Made by a program: the position numbers and the translations under genes. From assembly GCF_009914755.1 (NCBI RefSeq), contig NC_060934.1: a stretch of DNA of 64,000 bases. One strand, written 5' to 3'. Positions 15,244 to 27,562 of the stretch are shown here, one piece after another. How positions within the stretch are numbered: position 1 is the first letter of the stretch; every line of letters begins with the position of its first letter. A model generated the notes under the pieces. It did no database searches. It was given only the letters and a program-made list of their open reading frames with translations, and had not been told where the DNA came from. The DNA is from the human T2T-CHM13v2.0 reference genome, Homo sapiens.

Positions 15244-15923
15244 TAGCCTGCGTGGACACATAGCCTGCGTGGACACAGAACCTGCGTGGACACAGAACCT
15301 GCATGGACACATAGCCTGCGTGGACACATAGCCTGTGTGGACACAGAACCTGCATGGACACATAGCCTGCGTGGACACATAGCCTGTGTGGACACAGAAC
15401 CTGCGTGGACACAGAACCTGCGTGGACACGGAACCTGCATGGACACATAGCCTGCATGGACACAGAACCTGCGTGGACACAGAACCTGCATGGACACATA
15501 GCCTGCGTGGACACATAGCCTGCGTGGACACAGAACCTGCATGGACACAGAACCTGCGTGGACACATAGCCTGCGTGGACACATAGCCTGCGTGGACACA
15601 GAACCTGCATGGACACAGAACCTGCGTGGACACATAGCCTGCGTGGACACATAGCCTGCGTGGACACAGAACCTGCGTGGACACAGAACCTGCGTGGACA
15701 CATAGCCTGCGTGGACACAGAACCTGCGTGGACACAGACCCTGCGTGGACACATAGCCTGCGTGGACACAGAACCTGCGTGGACACATAGCCTGCGTGGA
15801 CACAGAACCTGCGTGGACACATAGCCTGCGTGGACACAGAACCTGCGTGGACACAGAACCTGCATGGAAACATAGCCTGTGTGGACACAGAACCTGCATG
15901 GACACGGAACTTGTGTGGACACA
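15244..15923. repeat. 17-bp minisatellite, ~40 copies
   Basis: cctgc(g/a)tggacaca followed by tag or gaa, interspersed. Confidence 0.97.
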
Positions 15924-15965
15924 AAACCGCCCAAAGCCCATGCTTTGCATCAGTGTTCACGCTTG

Positions 15966-16140
15966 CTTTTTTCTTTTGTAAGAGACAGTGTCTCACTCTG
16001 TCACTTGGGCTGGAGGGCAGTGGCTATTCGCAGGCACGGTCTCAGCTCACTGCAGCCTCAAACTTTGAGGCTCCAGTGATCCTCCCACCTCAGCCTCCTC
16101 AGTAGCTGGGACCACAGCTGTTTGCCACCAATCCCAGCTT
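15966..16140 (-). mobile_element. Old Alu right monomer (AluJ/FRAM-like)
   Basis: gagacagtgtctcactctgtca...cagctcactgcagcctc...gatcctcccacctcagcctcc. Confidence 0.8.
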
Positions 16141-16143
16141 ACA

Positions 16144-16436
16144 TTTTTTTTTTTTGAGATGAAGTCTCACTCTGTCACCCAGGCTAGAGTGCAGTGGCGC
16201 AGATCTTGGCTCACTGCAACCTCCGCCTCCCAGGTTTAAGCAAGTCTCCTGCCTTGGCCTCCCGAGTATCTGGGTTTTGCAGGCGCCCACCACGATGCCT
16301 GGCTAATCCTTGTGTTTTTAGTAGAGACGGAGTTTCACCATGTTAGCCAGGCTGGTCTTCAACTCCTGACTTCAGGTGATCTGCCTGCCTTGGCCTCCCA
16401 AAGTGCTGGGTTACAGGTGTGAGCCACCGCGCCCAC
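16144..16436 (-). mobile_element. AluS
   Basis: Full reverse Alu; TSD cccagcttacattttt at ~16133-16148 and ~16437-16452. Confidence 0.93.
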
Positions 16437-16743
16437 CCCAGCTTACATTTTTAATTCATTTTTCAGTTGGTCAAAACATGTCTTCAAGTACTTTTTGAGG
16501 ACACATAGTATTATGTACATATTATCATAATTATCATCACCATTAATGTTTCTAATGTGTTGATAGAGAATAGCTATATTTATTATTTCATTTTACTTAT
16601 CAGTAATTAATAATAGCCTGTTATTTACAATATAATACATGTATTTCTACATTTAATGTGCAATGGGGCAATAACTGCAGAATTTTGAGGCAAAAACACA
16701 TGTGAAGAATCTTAGACCAGCTGCATTACCCGCCGTCTTTCTA

Positions 16744-17130
<387 letters not shown>

Positions 17131-17149
17131 TCAGAGGATCCTGTGCTTT

Positions 17150-17225
17150 GGCCTTGTCCCCCTTGCTCTTTGAAAGGCTTGCATCTCGGCCTTGTCCCCC
17201 CTGCTCTTTGAAAGGTTTGCGTCTC
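17150..17225. repeat. 38-bp tandem duplication
   Basis: ggccttgtccccc(t/c)tgctctttgaaagg(c/t)ttgc(a/g)tctc x2. Confidence 0.85.
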
Positions 17226-19026
17226 CTTTTCAATGCCCAGTTCATCTCTTTTGTGTTTTACTCAACAAGGGAGTTTCTGGCTTGTGTGCTTGGCTGTTGC
17301 CCTGGCTCCAGCTGTTCCCACTGGGCCTGCAGAGCCTCGTTCTCGCTGTTCTCTGGCTGCTGGGCCCCCGTCCTCGCTGCTGCTCCTCTCTCTCGGCACA
17401 GGGTGCTCCCTGACTCAGCTGTCTGGGGGTTCTTTCCCGCTCCCTGGATGATCTGAATTGTTACATCTTCATGTTTTTGCAAGAAACATTTCCCTCTTGT
17501 CACGTCCCTGTCTTTCTGGCTCAGCTGTCTCTCTTGAAGGCCGCCTCCTCCCCTTACGTGGGGGCCGTGCCTCCCACATCACACTGTAAATGTCAAAGAG
17601 TTTTCCTCTTTCTCCAGAAAATTATCTTCGAAAATTCTTCTACGTCTTCAGAATAAGCCTCCTTCTTCCGTGTTTCATGCTCTTTCCCCATAATCCTGCG
17701 AGTCTTCCTTCTGCAAGGAAGGGCCGTCCATCGAGACCCCAGAGGCCCCCTCATGCGGCCAGTAGAGCTGCCTCCTTGGTATGGCTCAATTCCCCTCAGT
17801 CTCCATCTCACACAGCTGCTCTGTGAGCTCTTTGTGCGGGGGTGTGAAAATCAACCTTCTCTGACCCCCATGGGCCCCCAGGGCCTGCTGAGTCTGGACA
17901 GATTCAGAGATCCCGTCCCTGCCCATCAGCTGAGTGCTGGTAGGGTTGTTGCAAACCCACTCTGGGCGTGGGCTGGTTTCGGGAAGGCTGGGTGCTCCTT
18001 TTCTGCAGGTTCCTGATGTTCCTGACAGTGATTGATCCCTGCAAGGGCCTCCGCAAGAGCTGTCAGGCACTGTGCAAGTGGGCGCAGCATTGCCATGGAG
18101 ACCTGAGGTTCCGGGGCTCCAGGGTGCTTACCCTCCAGCCCTATGCCCAGCCCTGCCCTGAGGAGACAGCCAGGCACAGAGGAGCCACGCCCCTGCCTAC
18201 TTGATGGGAGGTCACCTTGCACTGCATACCAGCAAGATGTGGTATCTATTCCTTAGGCCCAGTTATTGCCAAATAAAGCTCAGAGGGATAAAAGCACACC
18301 AACAATGTGTAGTTTAATGAGTTAGTATAAGGCAAACACCATTATCACGATCTCCCAGGCCTGGATAGAACCTGGCCAGTTATCCCAAGAGCCCTCCATG
18401 TGCCCCGCCCAGCACAGCACCTGGCGCCTGGCTATCCTGCCAATGACTGTCCCCACTCCCCCAAACTTCCGTGCTGTGTGTCACCCAAGCCCATGTTCCC
18501 AGACACCAGAGCCGTCTTGCCCCGTGTTCAGATCTGATGAGTCTTCCAGGTCTCCTCTCACTCACAGACCCCCTCCCCACTCTGCTTCCTCGTGGCTTCT
18601 CTGCAATGGCTGGGACCAGCCAGCACGGGCTGCCCACCACCCCACGGGGCCGTGCACCAGCTCCTTTGCATTTCCAGGCAAATGACAGCTGGATCCAGTC
18701 CCGTTAGCAAGACTCAAAGCAGTGGTGACCGTCCCCAGGAGGCACCTCCCGCCTGGCCGTTGCCCCAGCTCTGACATGAGCACCCAGAAGGTCCAGCGCC
18801 TGGTCCTCGCATCCCCAGGGGCTGCAAGATGGTGGCATACGGATTCCATCATGCCCCTTTAGTTGTTCATTGGCTTTTATAAAATGTCGCTTCCCCTCAC
18901 TACCACTGGGTTGCCTGGGGGTGCAGGTCATGGAGCAAAGGCAGGATGAATGCAGGATTCTCTCCCTTCATTTATCATCTTTCAGGACGATGAGTTGGCT
19001 CCTGTCCTCCTCCCAGGATGGCCAGT

Positions 19027-20259
19027 CAGGTCATGCCTCACTAGGTTTATTTCTATGCACTTGACTTTTGCTGGGCTGCATTTTTTGCAGAAATAACATT
19101 GTTTGCAAACTGAAGGTTGGTAGCCATGCTAAGTCCAACAAGTTCATCAGTGCCATTTTTCCAAGAGCAGGTGTCCACTTCCTGTCTCCATGTCACCTTT
19201 TCATGATGATTGTGTCTGTTACGGTGACCTGCGCTCAGCGACCTTTGTAGTTACTACAGTCATTGTTTCACAGAACCACGAACCACGGCCATATATGCAG
19301 GCGGACTTAGCGCATAAATATGCGTTCTCACCAATCCACCACTGCTGTTCATTTCTCCCTTCCTTTCCTCAGGCCTCCCTCTTCCCCGAGACACAGCAGT
19401 ATTGAAATTAGGCCAGTTGATAACCCTATAATGGCCTCTAACGTTCAAGTGAAAGGAACAGTTGCAGGTCTCTCGCTTTAAATCAAAAGCTAGAAATTAT
19501 TAAGCTGAGGGAGGAAGGCATGGAGAAAGCTCAGAGAGGCTGAGAGCTTGGCCTCCTGCACCAAACAGTTGGCCAAGTTGTGAATGCCAAGGAAAAGTTC
19601 TTGAAGGAAATTAAAAGTGCGACTCCAGTGACCCCATGAATGATAAAAAGAGAAACCGTCTTCTTGGTGATATGTGGAAAGTCTCAGCGGCTTGCATAGA
19701 AGGTCAATCAGTCACAACAATCCCTTAAGCCCAACCCCCATCCAGAGCAAGGCCCTGGCACAGAGACAAAAAAAAAAGAAAAATATTTTATGAGGCTATA
19801 GCTGCTATAGATAGTGATTCCTCTGATGGATCTGGGCAAAGTAAATTAACAGTCCTCTGGAAAGGTTTCACCTTTCTAGATCCCATTAAGAACAATAATG
19901 ATTCACGAGAAGAAGTCAAAATATCACATTAACGGGAGTTTGGAAGAAGTTGATTCCAGCCCTCACGGATGACTTTGAAGGGTTCAAGCCTTCAGCAGAG
20001 GAGGTAACTGCAGATGTGGGGGAAGCAGCAAGAGAACTAGAATTAGAAGTAGAGCCTGAAGGTGGGACTAAATTGCTGCAATCTCAGGATCAAACTTTAA
20101 TGGATGAGGAGTTCTTTCTGATGGATGAACAAGTAAAATGGTTTCCTGAGATGGAAACTATTCCTGGTGAAGATGCCGTGAACATTGTTGAAATGACATA
20201 AAGGATTTAAAATATTCCACAAACTTAGCTGACAAAGCAATGGCAGAATTTGAGAAGAC
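19027..20259 (+). mobile_element. Tigger1 DNA transposon, internally deleted and 3'-truncated (dead transposase)
   Basis: Degenerate N-terminal transposase codons from ~19430 (LNQKLEIIKL-EEGM...QVVNAKEKFLKEIKSATPV). ORF 19950-20201 ([30 protein letters not shown]) matches the Tigger1 C-terminal region. Stops and frameshifts present. Confidence 0.92.
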
Positions 20260-20356
20260 TGTTATAAGTAAAATGTTTATTTAGAAACAGAATGCTTCTT
20301 CCTTGGTACTGCAAGGAAAAATAGCATTTAGACAAAAAGCTTTCTCAGCAAGACGA
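20260..20356. mobile_element. Terminal fragment of an ERV1-type LTR
   Basis: Starts abruptly with TGTTATAAGTAAAATGTTTATTTAGAAACAGAATGC, resembling an LTR terminus, and interrupts Tigger1. Family uncertain. Confidence 0.55.
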
Positions 20357-20528
20357 TTTTTTTTTTTTGAGACAGAGTCTCGCTCTGTCGCCCAGGCTGG
20401 AGTGCAGTGGCGCAATCTCGGCTCACTGTAAGCTCCGCCTCCTGGGTTCACGCCATTCTCCTGCCTCAGCCTCCTGAGTAGCTGGGACTACAGGCACCTG
20501 CCACCATGCCTGGCTAATTTTTTTTGTA
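20357..20528 (-). mobile_element. AluY right arm only
   Basis: taagctccgcctcc...ttcacgccattctcc (Y diagnostics); stops in the A-linker; no TSD. Confidence 0.9.
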
Positions 20529-21742
20529 ATCTTCACTATCTTCTGGCAAGAAATGTCAATGACAAAAGTCTGATGATAAATCTTTTTTTTTCTTTATAAG
20601 TCCCCCACTGTTTTTACTAGAGCCCAAAGGCACTTTTCTTTTTATTTAAAGTCCAATGACTTTACTAGACCATGTCTTGGTTTTGGCCATTCTGGGCAGT
20701 ATTCTCAGGTACACAGTGTGCTTTTGCAATATTGTAATTCAATTTTTTTTATTTCAGCTAAAAATTCTTTGAATGTAAATATTTATTCTGCTTTGTTTTG
20801 ATTTCCCACTTCGGGGACTCCTATTATCCACATATCAGATCTTCAGTATTTTCAGTTTCTCCCTAATACTTTAACCCCTTCCTTAATTTCTTTTCAATTT
20901 ACTTTTCCCTCCTTTTCCTGTTGTATTTTTCTAAAGATGTTTTCTGTGCATTAATTCACTCTTATGTTCTGTGTAGTTTCGTCTTCACACAACAGTTACA
21001 TGACACACGTGTGCATGTACACACACACACAAACACACACACACTCTGAGCCAAGCTGAACAACAGGCATTACTGCCTATATGCCTCCCCACCCTTCCCC
21101 TTGGCTGGCACGTAGCAGACATTGAGTCAGTAACTGTGGCAGGCTTGTAGGATTTACAAGGCAACTTGACGAAGATGGCAGTGTGACCTCAAAGGGAGGC
21201 GCTAAGTCAATTCACTCCTGGGGATTTGTGGGCCAGGAAACTGGCCTTGTCTGTCAGAGGCTGGGCTGGAGGGGGAGAGTGAGACACCAGGGTGGGCTCA
21301 TCACCTTCCAGGTCACCCCTCAGACGTTGCTTCTCCAGAAAGTCCACCCTGATCTCTAAACCAGGTCGTGTCCTCCCATCGCGTCCTCTCGTGGCACTGT
21401 CCTTCCTCTGTCTGGACACCTGTCACTTCTGTAATTCCATATCTTGCTGACATATATGCCCCTCTGGCCTCTGAGCCAGACACGAGGTCTGGGACCTGTC
21501 TGAAGGGCTCATGGCCTGCTCCCCACTCCAGGCAGCCCCCTCATTGCTGAGCAATGCCTGTGCTGGCGGCTTAGGGAGGGAAGGAGGCCCACTGTCATCA
21601 TTGTCTCCAACGGGACCACTCCTGGAAACCCCGGAGTCTGCATTGTTGCCGAGCGGCTGTTCAGGAGCAGGGATAGCGAGGAAACCCCCAGAAATTGTCC
21701 TGGAGCCAAGCTTGCAAATGCCAAGACACTGGGGATGGTTGT

Positions 21743-22012
21743 GCAGCAAGGGTGCTGGCAGGCACAAGGCACTGTCACAGGACCAGCGGCGTTCTAATCC
21801 CCCGAGTGAGAGCAGCAAGGGTGCTGGCAGCACAAGGCACTGTCGCAGGACCAGCGGCGTTCTAAGCCCCCAAGTGAGAGCAGCAAGGGTGCCGGCGGGC
21901 ACAAGGCACTGTCGCAGGACCAGCGGCGTTCTAAGCCCCCAAGTGAGAGCAGCAAGGGTGCCGGCGGGCACAAGGCACTATCTCAGGACCAGCGGCGTTC
22001 TAAGCCCCCGAG
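21743..22012. repeat. 69-bp tandem repeat ~3.9 copies
   Basis: gcagcaagggtgc...caggaccagcggcgttctaa starts at 21743, 21812, 21880 and 21949. Confidence 0.95.
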
Positions 22013-23188
22013 GGCCAAGTGGCAGACCCACAGGGAGAAGCTCCCTGAACGAGGTGCAGACACGATTGGGGAAGTCAGAAGCACGTTTCTGTTGAAACTT
22101 GCCAAGAAGCCAACACCAGCCCCAAGGGGCCCCAGGGGTGGCACAGACTCCTCGACATTGCGACGGGGAGGCCCGGACAGGGGCGGGTACGGCCAAATGG
22201 GCCCCCGCTTCCCTCTTGTGACCAACAATTGGGTCATTGCTCCCTGTGGCTCTTGGGCAGCCTATTTTAAACCCTTCTCTATAGAAATTTTGAAAAATAT
22301 TTCACAGAAAAGAACCAGGGCATTGAGAGGAGTTTTAGACATGAAATGAACACCTCCAGCTGGAGCCCAAGGCTATGTATCATCCAAATGACCTTTCCTA
22401 CTTTCAACCAAATAATGGCGGGGGATGCGGCTAAGCCTAAATTCAGCCACAGCCTCCCGAGAGCACCACACGCTCCCAGGAGAAGCCGTGCCGAAGCCCC
22501 AAGCATGAGACGCTGCAGGGCCCTAGCAGGACCCACGTGTGGGGTGAGCTTAAGGCCATCAGCCAGGCGGTGATGGGGACCAGATGGTGCAGGCTGGCAG
22601 GGCCACTGTGGCCCAAACCCTTGTCCTCTGGAGAGGCTCTGTAGGCGGGCACCCACAGCACGCCCTGTCTTGGGGGACACACCCTGCAGCAGAGGTCCGT
22701 CAGGCTGGTTTGGTTCCCAAGGGCCCTAGGAGGGATTTAAAAACCACAGCCCTGGGACGCTGGGTGTGTCCACGACAGAGCCCCCAGATGTGGCCTATAG
22801 GTCATGCAGTCCTAGCCAGAGGCCATATACCATCTGTGACCATCTGTGGGTCAGAGGACCTGCAGGCAGAGGTAAGGACACTGCATTGCCTCCCCCATCC
22901 AGTGTGAGAGTGGGGCAGCCCTGGCAGTGGTTTCTGAGCGGTGGAGCAGGTCCAGGACCTGAGTTAGTGCCGTTTTCCACACGATCATCCTCAGTGCCCC
23001 GGGCAGGCCACCCTGGTCACCAGACAGCTGGAACAGCCAGACAGTGTGGTTCATGCAAGAGAGAAACCTCTAGCTTGCCCCTCTGCCAGAGCAGAAAAAA
23101 CCTTCCCTGAAGTCCCCAGAAGACCCCCCCTTATGCCTCAATGGGAACATAAACTCCTCCCCTGACCCAACCGACCAGCCCCTCTACT

Positions 23189-23365
23189 CACACCACACAT
23201 ACACCACACACATGCACACACACACACAAACACACATGCACACACACAAACACTTGTATACATGCACACACATGCACACAAACACACATGCACACACACA
23301 AACACACATGCACACACACAAACACATGTATACATGCACACACATGTGCACATGCACACACACAC
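23189..23365. repeat. CA-rich compound microsatellite
   Basis: (CA)n with catg and aaac interruptions. Confidence 0.9.
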
Positions 23366-23554
23366 CAGGGCCAGGCCAGGACAGAGGTCCTGGAGCCTAA
23401 GCTCTAGGAGGCATGAGAGCGTGAAGAAGAGGGTACGGGCGGCCATGCCAGCTGTGATGTACAGCATTCTTCCTGCCACACGGACGGCTGCGTCGGGCTG
23501 AGCGTCTTCTCCTGTGCTCCTCATGGTCTTGCTCCATCGCAGTGTTCCCCAAAG

Positions 23555-23719
23555 TTTTATTTGTTTTTTTAAGAGACACTGCCTTGCTCTGTCTCCCAGG
23601 CTGGAGTGCAATGGTGCAATCACCGCTCACTGCAGCCTCCAACTCTCCTGCTCAAGCGATCCTCCCATCTCAGCCTGCCAAAGTGCTGAAATTCCAGGTG
23701 TAAGCCTCTGCACCCAGCC
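23555..23719 (-). mobile_element. Monomeric AluJ-type element
   Basis: Left-arm head (cagcactttgg) joined to a right-arm tail in ~165 bp. Confidence 0.82.
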
Positions 23720-24498
23720 CCAATGTCTTCTTAAAAAAAGGCCTGCAAACTGTATGGTGTCTTCAGTCCCTTGGCAATGTAGCTTTAGCTTGGAAAGTGC
23801 CAGGCACTGACAGCTGCGTTCCAGGACATTTCCTTGGCATCTCTGCCTGAGCGACAGGAGGCTGGCGGGGGTAGAGCTCTCAGTGTGGTGGGACAAGACC
23901 AGCATCTTCCACTTGGACACAGGGGCCCAGGTGGGATGTCCGCTCCCTCAGAGGCCTTACTTGCCCCCGAATTCTCTGCAATTGCTCAGATGGTCTAATC
24001 CAAGTCTAGAGGGGGTCACTGTCCTGGCAGGAAGCAGGTGGCCCACCCTCAGCAGGTGGTGTGAGCAGGCGAGGGTGGGGCTCCGCGGGACCACAGGAGG
24101 CCATAGCCTCTTGAGGGCAGAGGCCGTGTCCCTCACAGCACCTTCCTTGTGGGTGGCACAGTGGAAGGTGCTGGGCTGAGGGACGTTAGCCCAGCTTCAT
24201 CCTGTGTGTTTACGCTCCCTCCGGGTAGCTTTGCTGTGTGCTTGGGGCTTCTGGCATGGCAGAGTTCATTCAGCTTCCAGCGCATTGATCTCCAACACAG
24301 ACCTACTGACTCCTGGGGACGTTCCCACTGATCTCAGGAAAGGTGAGAGAATGCTTCTTTTAAGCAACTTGAAGACAGGCAGGATGTAATTATATTCAGT
24401 GTTAAAGCCTATCATTCTATCATCAAACAGCTCCCAGACGCCAGGAGTCCAGAATGAGATGCATCTACTGTGACCCAGTTTCCTCCTTCAAAGCTGCC

Positions 24499-24802
24499 AG
24501 GGTTGATCCTGGATCCATCCTGGGCTGATCCTAGGTCCCTCCTGGATTGATACTAGGTCCACTGTGGCCTGAGCCTGGGTCCATTGAGGGCTGATCTTGG
24601 GTTTACTGTGGCCTGTGATTGGGTCTATCATGGGCTGAGCCTGGATCCAACCTAAGCTGGCCCTGGATCCATCATGGGCTGAGCCTGGTTCCAACCTTAG
24701 CTGAGCCTGGATCCTACCTGAGCTGAGCTTGGGTTTATCATGGGCTGAACCTGGTTCCATCATGGGTTGGTCCTGTGTCCATTGTAATTTGGGCCTGGAT
24801 CC
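24499..24802. repeat. Degenerate 22-bp tandem repeat ~14 copies
   Basis: Consensus ~gggctgagcctggatccatcat with regular 22-nt period. Confidence 0.8.
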
Positions 24803-24813
24803 TCCTGGATTAC

Positions 24814-25172
24814 TTATATGGTTCGGCTGCATCCCCACTCAAATCTCATCCTGAATTGGAGTTTCCATAATCCCCACATGTCATGGGAAGGACCCAGTGG
24901 GAGGTAATAGAATCATGGGTGTGGTTACCCTCATGCTGCTGTTCTCATGATAGTGAGTGAGATCTCACAAGATCTGATGGTTTTATAAGGGGCTTTTCCC
25001 CCTTCTGCTTGGCACTTCTCCTTGCTGCTGCCGTGAGAAGGAGGTGTTTGCTTCCCCTTCCGCCATGATTGTAAGTTTCCTGAGGCCTCCCCAGCCAATT
25101 AAACCTCTTTCCTTTATAAATTACCCAGTCTTGCATATGTCTTTACTAACAGTGTGAGAACGGGCTAACACA
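24814..25172 (+). mobile_element. THE1 (C/D-like) solo LTR
   Basis: atatggttcggctgcatccccactcaaatctcatc...ccatgattgtaagtttcctgaggcctcccc...ctaacaca; near-TSD attac/ataac. Confidence 0.9.
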
Positions 25173-25179
25173 ATAACAA

Positions 25180-25962
25180 ATCTGTAGAAAAATGTGAATC
25201 AAAACTCCAAGGAGATACCACGTTACAACCATGAGGATGGTTACTATTTTTAAAAAACAGAAAATAACAATTGTTGGTGAGGATATGGTTACATTGGATC
25301 CCTCATGCACTATTGGTAAGAATGTGAAATGGGGCAGCCACTGTGGAAAACAGTATGATGATTCCTCAAAAAATTAGAAATAGAATCACCCTAGGACCCA
25401 GCAAGTCTGCGTCTGGGTATATGCACAGAAGAATCAGAAGCAGGGTCTCAAGCAATATTTGCTCACTATGTTCACAGCAGTATTAGTCACGATGGCCAAG
25501 GGGCAGCAGCAACACGGGCGTCTGTCACAGATGAATGGAAAACAGAATGTGGAATACCCACAGAATGGATTTTAACTCAGTCTTAAAAAGGAAGGAAAAC
25601 CTGGCATGTGCTACAACACGGATGGGTCTTTAAGACACTGTGGGAAAGGAGAGAAGCCAGATACAGAAGGGCAAGTACTGCCTGACTCTGTGTACCTGAG
25701 GCTCCCAGAGGAGCCAAACTCACTGAGACAGAAAGCAGAACGGAGGCTCCCTGAGGCTGGGGAGATGGGAATGGGGAGTGGGTGTTTCATGGGGACCGAG
25801 TTTCCGTTTCCCACAATGAAAACGGATCTGGAGACGGGTGGTGATGACGGCGTCACAACATCCTGAACACGCTAACACCATGGAACTGTACATGCGAACA
25901 TGGGTAAGATGCTGAATTGCTTGCTGTATGTGTCTTACCACAATAAAAGCTTTGAAAAAAAC
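25180..25962 (+). mobile_element. L1MB-like 3' end
   Basis: aaaacagaaaataacaattgttggtgagga...cagccactgtggaaaacagtatg...acaataaaa plus A tail. Confidence 0.85.
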
Positions 25963-26408
25963 CCACAAAAGTACAGTTTATCAAAACAAGAACTGCAAAT
26001 CCTGTTTCTTGGGGATATAGTTCAGGGATAGAGCATTTGACTGCAAACCATTTCTTTCTTAAGGGTTAATCTTAGCTTATACACCACATATTCTATCTTT
26101 TTTCATGATATTCTATTTTTAAACCTAACTAATTTCAACACTTTTGATTAGTATTTGGTCCCATTTGTAAACTTATCTAAGCTTCTTTAAACCTTTTAAG
26201 CTGAAATTGTGAAACTGTAAAACTTCACTTCTTTTTAAAGGACTCTATTTGCCTAAAAACAGACTTTCCCAAATACTTGCAATGCTAGTTAACCTTACAC
26301 ATGTGCTGATCTTTACATGTTCAAAGTGTAAGTGTCCAAAGCTATATATCAATTTGGAAAGGTATCTACTGATAAAGTCAAAATCAATTACCCAATTACC
26401 CTGTTTAA

Positions 26409-26709
<301 letters not shown>

Positions 26710-26984
26710 CCAGGTGACCTGTTTTTTAGCAAAAATCTCAGAAGCATTGCATAGTGTTAAAATACCAAACATGCATAAATCTGTCACAAAATATTCATAC
26801 TTTGGGTTTGGTTCTCTGCACACATTTTCATACTTAGTAACACATCTTCTCAAGGTGAGTGTATTGACCCTGCCCACTGGGAAGGCAGTGGGCTTCCCAA
26901 AGCTTCCCGGACGCTGCTGGGACGCTGAGGTTCCCATCTGGGAGGTTGGGGGCAAGCATGAGAGCCAAAGGGCACAGAGTTGTC

Positions 26985-27253
26985 TTTTTCTTTGAGATGG
27001 AGTCTTGCTCTGTTACCTAGGCTGGAGGGCAGTGGCACCATCACAGCTCACTCCAGTTTTGACCTCCTGGGCTCACATGATCCTCCCACCTTAGCCTCCA
27101 CAGGCACATATCACCACCAGCTGATATTTATATTTTTTATAGAGGTGGGGTCTCATTATGTTGTCCAGGCTGGTCTAACTCCTGTGCTCAAGGGATCCTC
27201 CAGCCTTGCTCTCCCTCCTCTGAGATTACAGACACGAGCTGCTCTGCCCAGCC
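26985..27253 (-). mobile_element. AluJ, diverged
   Basis: Reverse Alu with J-type ctcctgggctca..gatcctcccacc. Confidence 0.85.
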
Positions 27254-27287
27254 CCGGGGTTTCTTTGGAGGAAGATGAAAATGTCCA

Positions 27288-27562
27288 GAATTGAGCATGT
27301 CCATGCATGCACCAACAACCGCTGAACTGCCCACCTCAGAGGGATTCCGTGAATGCACCAATGACCGCTGAATTGAGCATGTCCGTGAATGCACCAATGA
27401 CAGCTGAACTGAGCATGTCCGTGAATGCACAAACGACCGCTGAACTGAGCGTGTCCGTGAATGCACCGACCGCTGAACTGAGCGTGTCCGTGAATGCACC
27501 AACAACCACTGAACTGCCCACCTCAGAGGGATTCCGTGAATGCACCAACGACCGCTGAACTG
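27288..27562. repeat. ~36-bp tandem repeat (~7 copies) inside an L1 3'-end remnant
   Basis: gaa(t/c)tgagc(a/g)tgtccgtgaatgcaccaa(t/c)gaccgct units; flanks resemble an L1M 3' terminus. Confidence 0.88.

Noticed and set aside
15118-15996. Cys/His-rich 233-292 aa ORFs resembling metal-binding repeats
   Set aside because: Translation of the 17-bp minisatellite; open in all three minus frames.
19950-20201. Acidic ORF similar to TIGD1/Tigger transposase
   Set aside because: Fragment of a decayed Tigger1 copy lacking the catalytic core; not a domesticated gene.
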